Of a stretch of DNA of 64,000 nucleotides, positions 60,899 through 64,000 are shown piece after piece. A program made the translations under genes and the position numbers. The stretch's first letter is position 1. Each line of letters starts with the position of its first letter. The DNA is from Acidobacteriota bacterium (lineage in GTDB: Bacteria; Acidobacteriota; UBA890; WLXD01), in assembly GCA_963666215.2 (NCBI GenBank), contig CAXWPL010000005.1:1408001-1472000 (forward strand), in the 5' to 3' direction. Below the pieces are notes generated by a model. The model did no database searches and was not told the origin of the DNA. It worked only from the letters and a program-made list of their open reading frames with translations.

Positions 60899-62850
60899 TC
60901 AGCGACCGACAGACAGATCGCCGAGCACGAAGGCGATGAACTCGGGCTTCGTCGTGCGGTCGCCGAAGGCCACGACGATGTACTGCTTGCCCTCGTGCTC
61001 GTAGGTCATCGGCGCCGAGGTTACGCCGGCCGGTAGCTCGGTCTCCCAGACGACGTCGCCCGTCGCCTTGTCGAAGGCCCGGAACATGGGACCGCCGCCA
61101 CCCTCCGGAACGGCGATCATGTCGGGCGAGCCCTCGCCGAGGAAAAGCAGCGTCTTGGTGACCAGCGGCGACGCCCGCCCGGTCTGTCCCAGCGCCGGCA
61201 GGTCGAGGCCGGCGAGCAGCGGGTGGTCCTTCGGCCCGTCCCCGTTGGCGGCGACCCACAGATGCTCGCCGGTATTCATGTCGATGGCGGTGATCCGACC
61301 CCAGGGCGGCTTGGTGATCGGTAGCCCGCCCTCGAGCTGGATGTGCCCACTGCGGGGACCGCCGTGCCGGTAGCGGAAGTCGGAGCGGTTGGGGTCGGGC
61401 TGGTAGAGGTCGATCACCAGTAGCGCCGTCACCGAAGGAACGTAGAGGATCTGCGTTTCGGGATCTAAGGCGGCCCCGTTCCATGCCGTCGCGCCGATCG
61501 CCGAGGGCACCTGGACCGCACCACGAAAGCGCTCCCCGTCGAGCAATGCCGGCGGCAGATAGAGCGGCCCGAGCTGATAGCCCTCGAGGCGCTGCATCGC
61601 CGCGCGCCGCAGCTCCGGCGTGAGGTCGATCAGATCCTCAACGGCAAGACCTTGGAGATCGTACGCCTTCGGCCAGCTCGGATGCGGCTGGGTGGGATAG
61701 GCCTGTTCCCCGGGAACCGTCGATGGTGGCGCCGGCAGCTCGACGATGGGCCACACCGGCTCGCCGGTCTCGCGGTCCAGGACGTAGGCGTAGGCCTGCT
61801 TGGAGACCGCGACCAGGGCCTTGATCTCCCTGCCGTCGACGGTGATGTCAGTGAGAGCACCGGAGCGGCCGGGAAGTCGTAGTCCCAGAGGCCGTGGCGG
61901 ATGGCCTGGAAGTGCCACACCCGCTCACCGGTGCGTGTGCGCAAGGCGACGATGCTCTCGCCATAGAGGCCTGCGCCCGGGCGGTGACCACCGTACCAGT
62001 CGTTGTTCGGCGTCGAGGTGTTCGCATAGACCATGTCGAGATCCGCATCGCAGCTGAACCAACCCCACACGTTTCCCCCGCCGGTGTAGTCCGCCGAGCC
62101 CTCCTCCCAGGTCTCGTAGCCGGGCTCGCCCTTACGCGGAATGATGTGAAAGACCCAAAGCAGCTCTCCGGTCGGGATGTCGTAGGCCTGGATCAAGCCC
62201 GGCGGCGCCTTCTGGTGCATCGAGTTGTCGTGGGTCGAGCTGCCCAAGACGATGGTGTCGCCACACACGGTCGGCGCCGAGCTCCAAGAGTAGCCGCGCA
62301 ACGGCGGGTCGACGGCTTTGCGGATGTCGACCCGGCCCTCCTCCCCAAAGCTCCGGTCGGGTTTGCCGGTCGCAGCGTCGAGGGAAACCAGGTAGCCGCT
62401 GGAGAGGAGCAGAAAACGTTCCTTGCCCTCGCCGCGCCAGAACGCACCGCCTCGATTTCTGAACTCGTAACTCGTGCGATCGATCCTGTCGTCGTTATCG
62501 TAGGGGTCGTACACCCAGAGGCGCTCGCCCGTCGTCGGATCGAGTGCGGCGCCCATGCCTGCGGCGCTCGAGATCAAGAGCCGGCAGCTGGCGTAGAGCG
62601 GAGTGGTCTCGAGGATCGGCGACGCGCGCAGGGTCTCCCCCGCCGGGTACTCGATGGATGGCTGTCGCCAGGCGACGTCGAGCCGCGCCACGTTGGATTC
62701 GTCGATCTGCGCGAGCGACGAATACTTCGTGCTGGCGGCATCGCCGGCGTAAGCGAGCCATTCGGGAGCCGCGGCCCCGGACTGCGCATGTGACGCCAGG
62801 GCCGTCACCGCCAGGGCGAGCCCCAAGAGAGAAGCTCGGACCTCAAGCAT
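60899..62850 (-). pseudogene. PQQ-dependent (glucose/quinate-like) dehydrogenase, single frameshift
   Basis: WHFQAIRHGLWDYDFPAAPVL continues as TDITVDGREIKAL in another frame. Extra TC dinucleotide at ~61855. Confidence 0.85.
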
Positions 62851-64000
62851 TTGCGAAGTGCTTCTCGAGACGAGCTACCACGTCGGGCTTGCTGGCGGCA
62901 ATATTGTGGTCCTCGAATGGGTCCGCCTCGGTGTCGAACAAGATCTTCTTCTCCTCGAAGCCATCGACCAACTTGTAGCGATGGTCCTGCACCAATCGGA
63001 ACCTGCCGGAGGCGGCGTTGCCCGTCTGGAGCGCGGAGCGGAGATGCTCCCGATGCTCTCCCTTGCCGGAGTCGAGCACAGGCCGCAGCGAGCGACTATC
63101 CATGTCGTCGGGCACGGCGACCTCGGCGTAGTCGAGGCTGGTGGCAGCCAGGTCCATAAAGGAGACCAGGGAGTCACTACGGACACCCCTCGCGATTCCC
63201 GGGCCGGCCATGACCAGCGGCACCCTCGCCGAGGCCTCGTGGGGAAGCGACTTGCCCCAGTAGTCGTGGTCGCCGAGCATCTCGCCGTGATCGCTGGTGT
63301 AGACGACGATGGTGTCGTCCGCCTCGCCACGCTCCTCGAGCCGCTTCTGGTAGATGCCGAGCTGGCGGTCGATGTTCTCGATCATCGCCGCGTAGTTCTG
63401 GCGGATGCGGATGTGGTGCTCCGGCGTGAAGGGGGACGGAGGAGCGAGCATCCGCCCGCCACGCCCGATGCCCTTGTAGTTATGCGGCTGCGGGAAGTCC
63501 TCGATCACCCGGTCGGGGCCACGGTACAGCCGCTCCATCCTGCGAGTGATGTCCATCGGCGGATGGGGTCCATTGAAGTTGACGATCAGAAACCACGGGC
63601 TCCCGTCCGGAGCACCGTCGAGGAGATCCAGCCCGGTGCGCGCCGTGTAGTTGGCTTTGTAGGCCTCGTCGCTGAGCGGCGTGGGCTCCGTCCTTCCCCA
63701 CCAGTTGAGATGCCGCGGTCTGGCGCGCTTGGCCATATCTTCCGCGTGGATCCTGAGCATGGGTGGGTCCAGCGATTGGAGGTAGTGCCCATAGGGATTG
63801 TCGAGCGAGGTCCCTTTGCTGCCGGTGATCAGCATGTCGGAGAAGCCCCACTCCTCCATGTGCAGCTTGCCGTCGGGAGTCCGCCCGTCCGCTCCTTTGT
63901 GCAGATCGATCTTGCCGCAGGCCATGGTGTGGTAGCCGCTCTGGTGAAGGTGCTTGTAGAAGGTGGTCCGGTCAAGCGGCATCGCAACCGCGTTCGTCGG
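62843..64000 (-). CDS. Sulfatase (5' end outside window)
   Basis: GYHTMACGKID, FNGPHPP, YTSDHGEMLGDH, EASARVPL. Confidence 0.88.
   Translation of the reverse strand, partial: PTNAVAMPLDRTTFYKHLHQSGYHTMACGKIDLHKGADGRTPDGKLHMEEWGFSDMLITGSKGTSLDNPYGHYLQSLDPPMLRIHAEDMAKRARPRHLNWWGRTEPTPLSDEAYKANYTARTGLDLLDGAPDGSPWFLIVNFNGPHPPMDITRRMERLYRGPDRVIEDFPQPHNYKGIGRGGRMLAPPSPFTPEHHIRIRQNYAAMIENIDRQLGIYQKRLEERGEADDTIVVYTSDHGEMLGDHDYWGKSLPHEASARVPLVMAGPGIARGVRSDSLVSFMDLAATSLDYAEVAVPDDMDSRSLRPVLDSGKGEHREHLRSALQTGNAASGRFRLVQDHRYKLVDGFEEKKILFDTEADPFEDHNIAASKPDVVARLEKHFANA

Noticed and set aside
61845-61865. Programmed frameshift in the PQQ dehydrogenase
   Set aside because: A simple TC dinucleotide duplication with no slippery heptamer. 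Mutation or sequencing error is more likely.

Overview
High-GC, housekeeping-free accessory region organised as a mosaic. Ten same-orientation, internally deleted pieces of one IS91/ISCR-family (HUH rolling-circle) element and its adjacent DUF433/DUF5615 toxin-antitoxin cluster recur from 1.6 to 57.3 kb, and five of them keep an exact oriIS-like end. Between and inside these pieces lie gene-sized cargo blocks. Many carry an intact secreted or periplasmic enzyme (four DUF3604/PHP-like proteins, four PQQ dehydrogenases of which one is frameshifted, three NHL-repeat proteins, three sulfatases, two Rieske proteins). Others carry two MFS transporters, a TonB-dependent receptor, DUF1800/DUF1501, and a carboxylase plus acyl-CoA ligase. 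Neighbouring genes are usually cut to stubs, often at short microhomologies. Also present are a partial IS30, an intact IS256 with 8-bp TSD, an internally deleted IS6, a group II intron whose 3' part is inverted between 8-bp inverted repeats, a tRNA-Leu 3' half (att-like), several TA modules and REP-like palindromes. My best hypothesis is a Helitron-like, rolling-circle-driven gene-capture array. A chimeric assembly cannot be excluded without reads. Protein calls rest on motif recognition by eye, not database searches.
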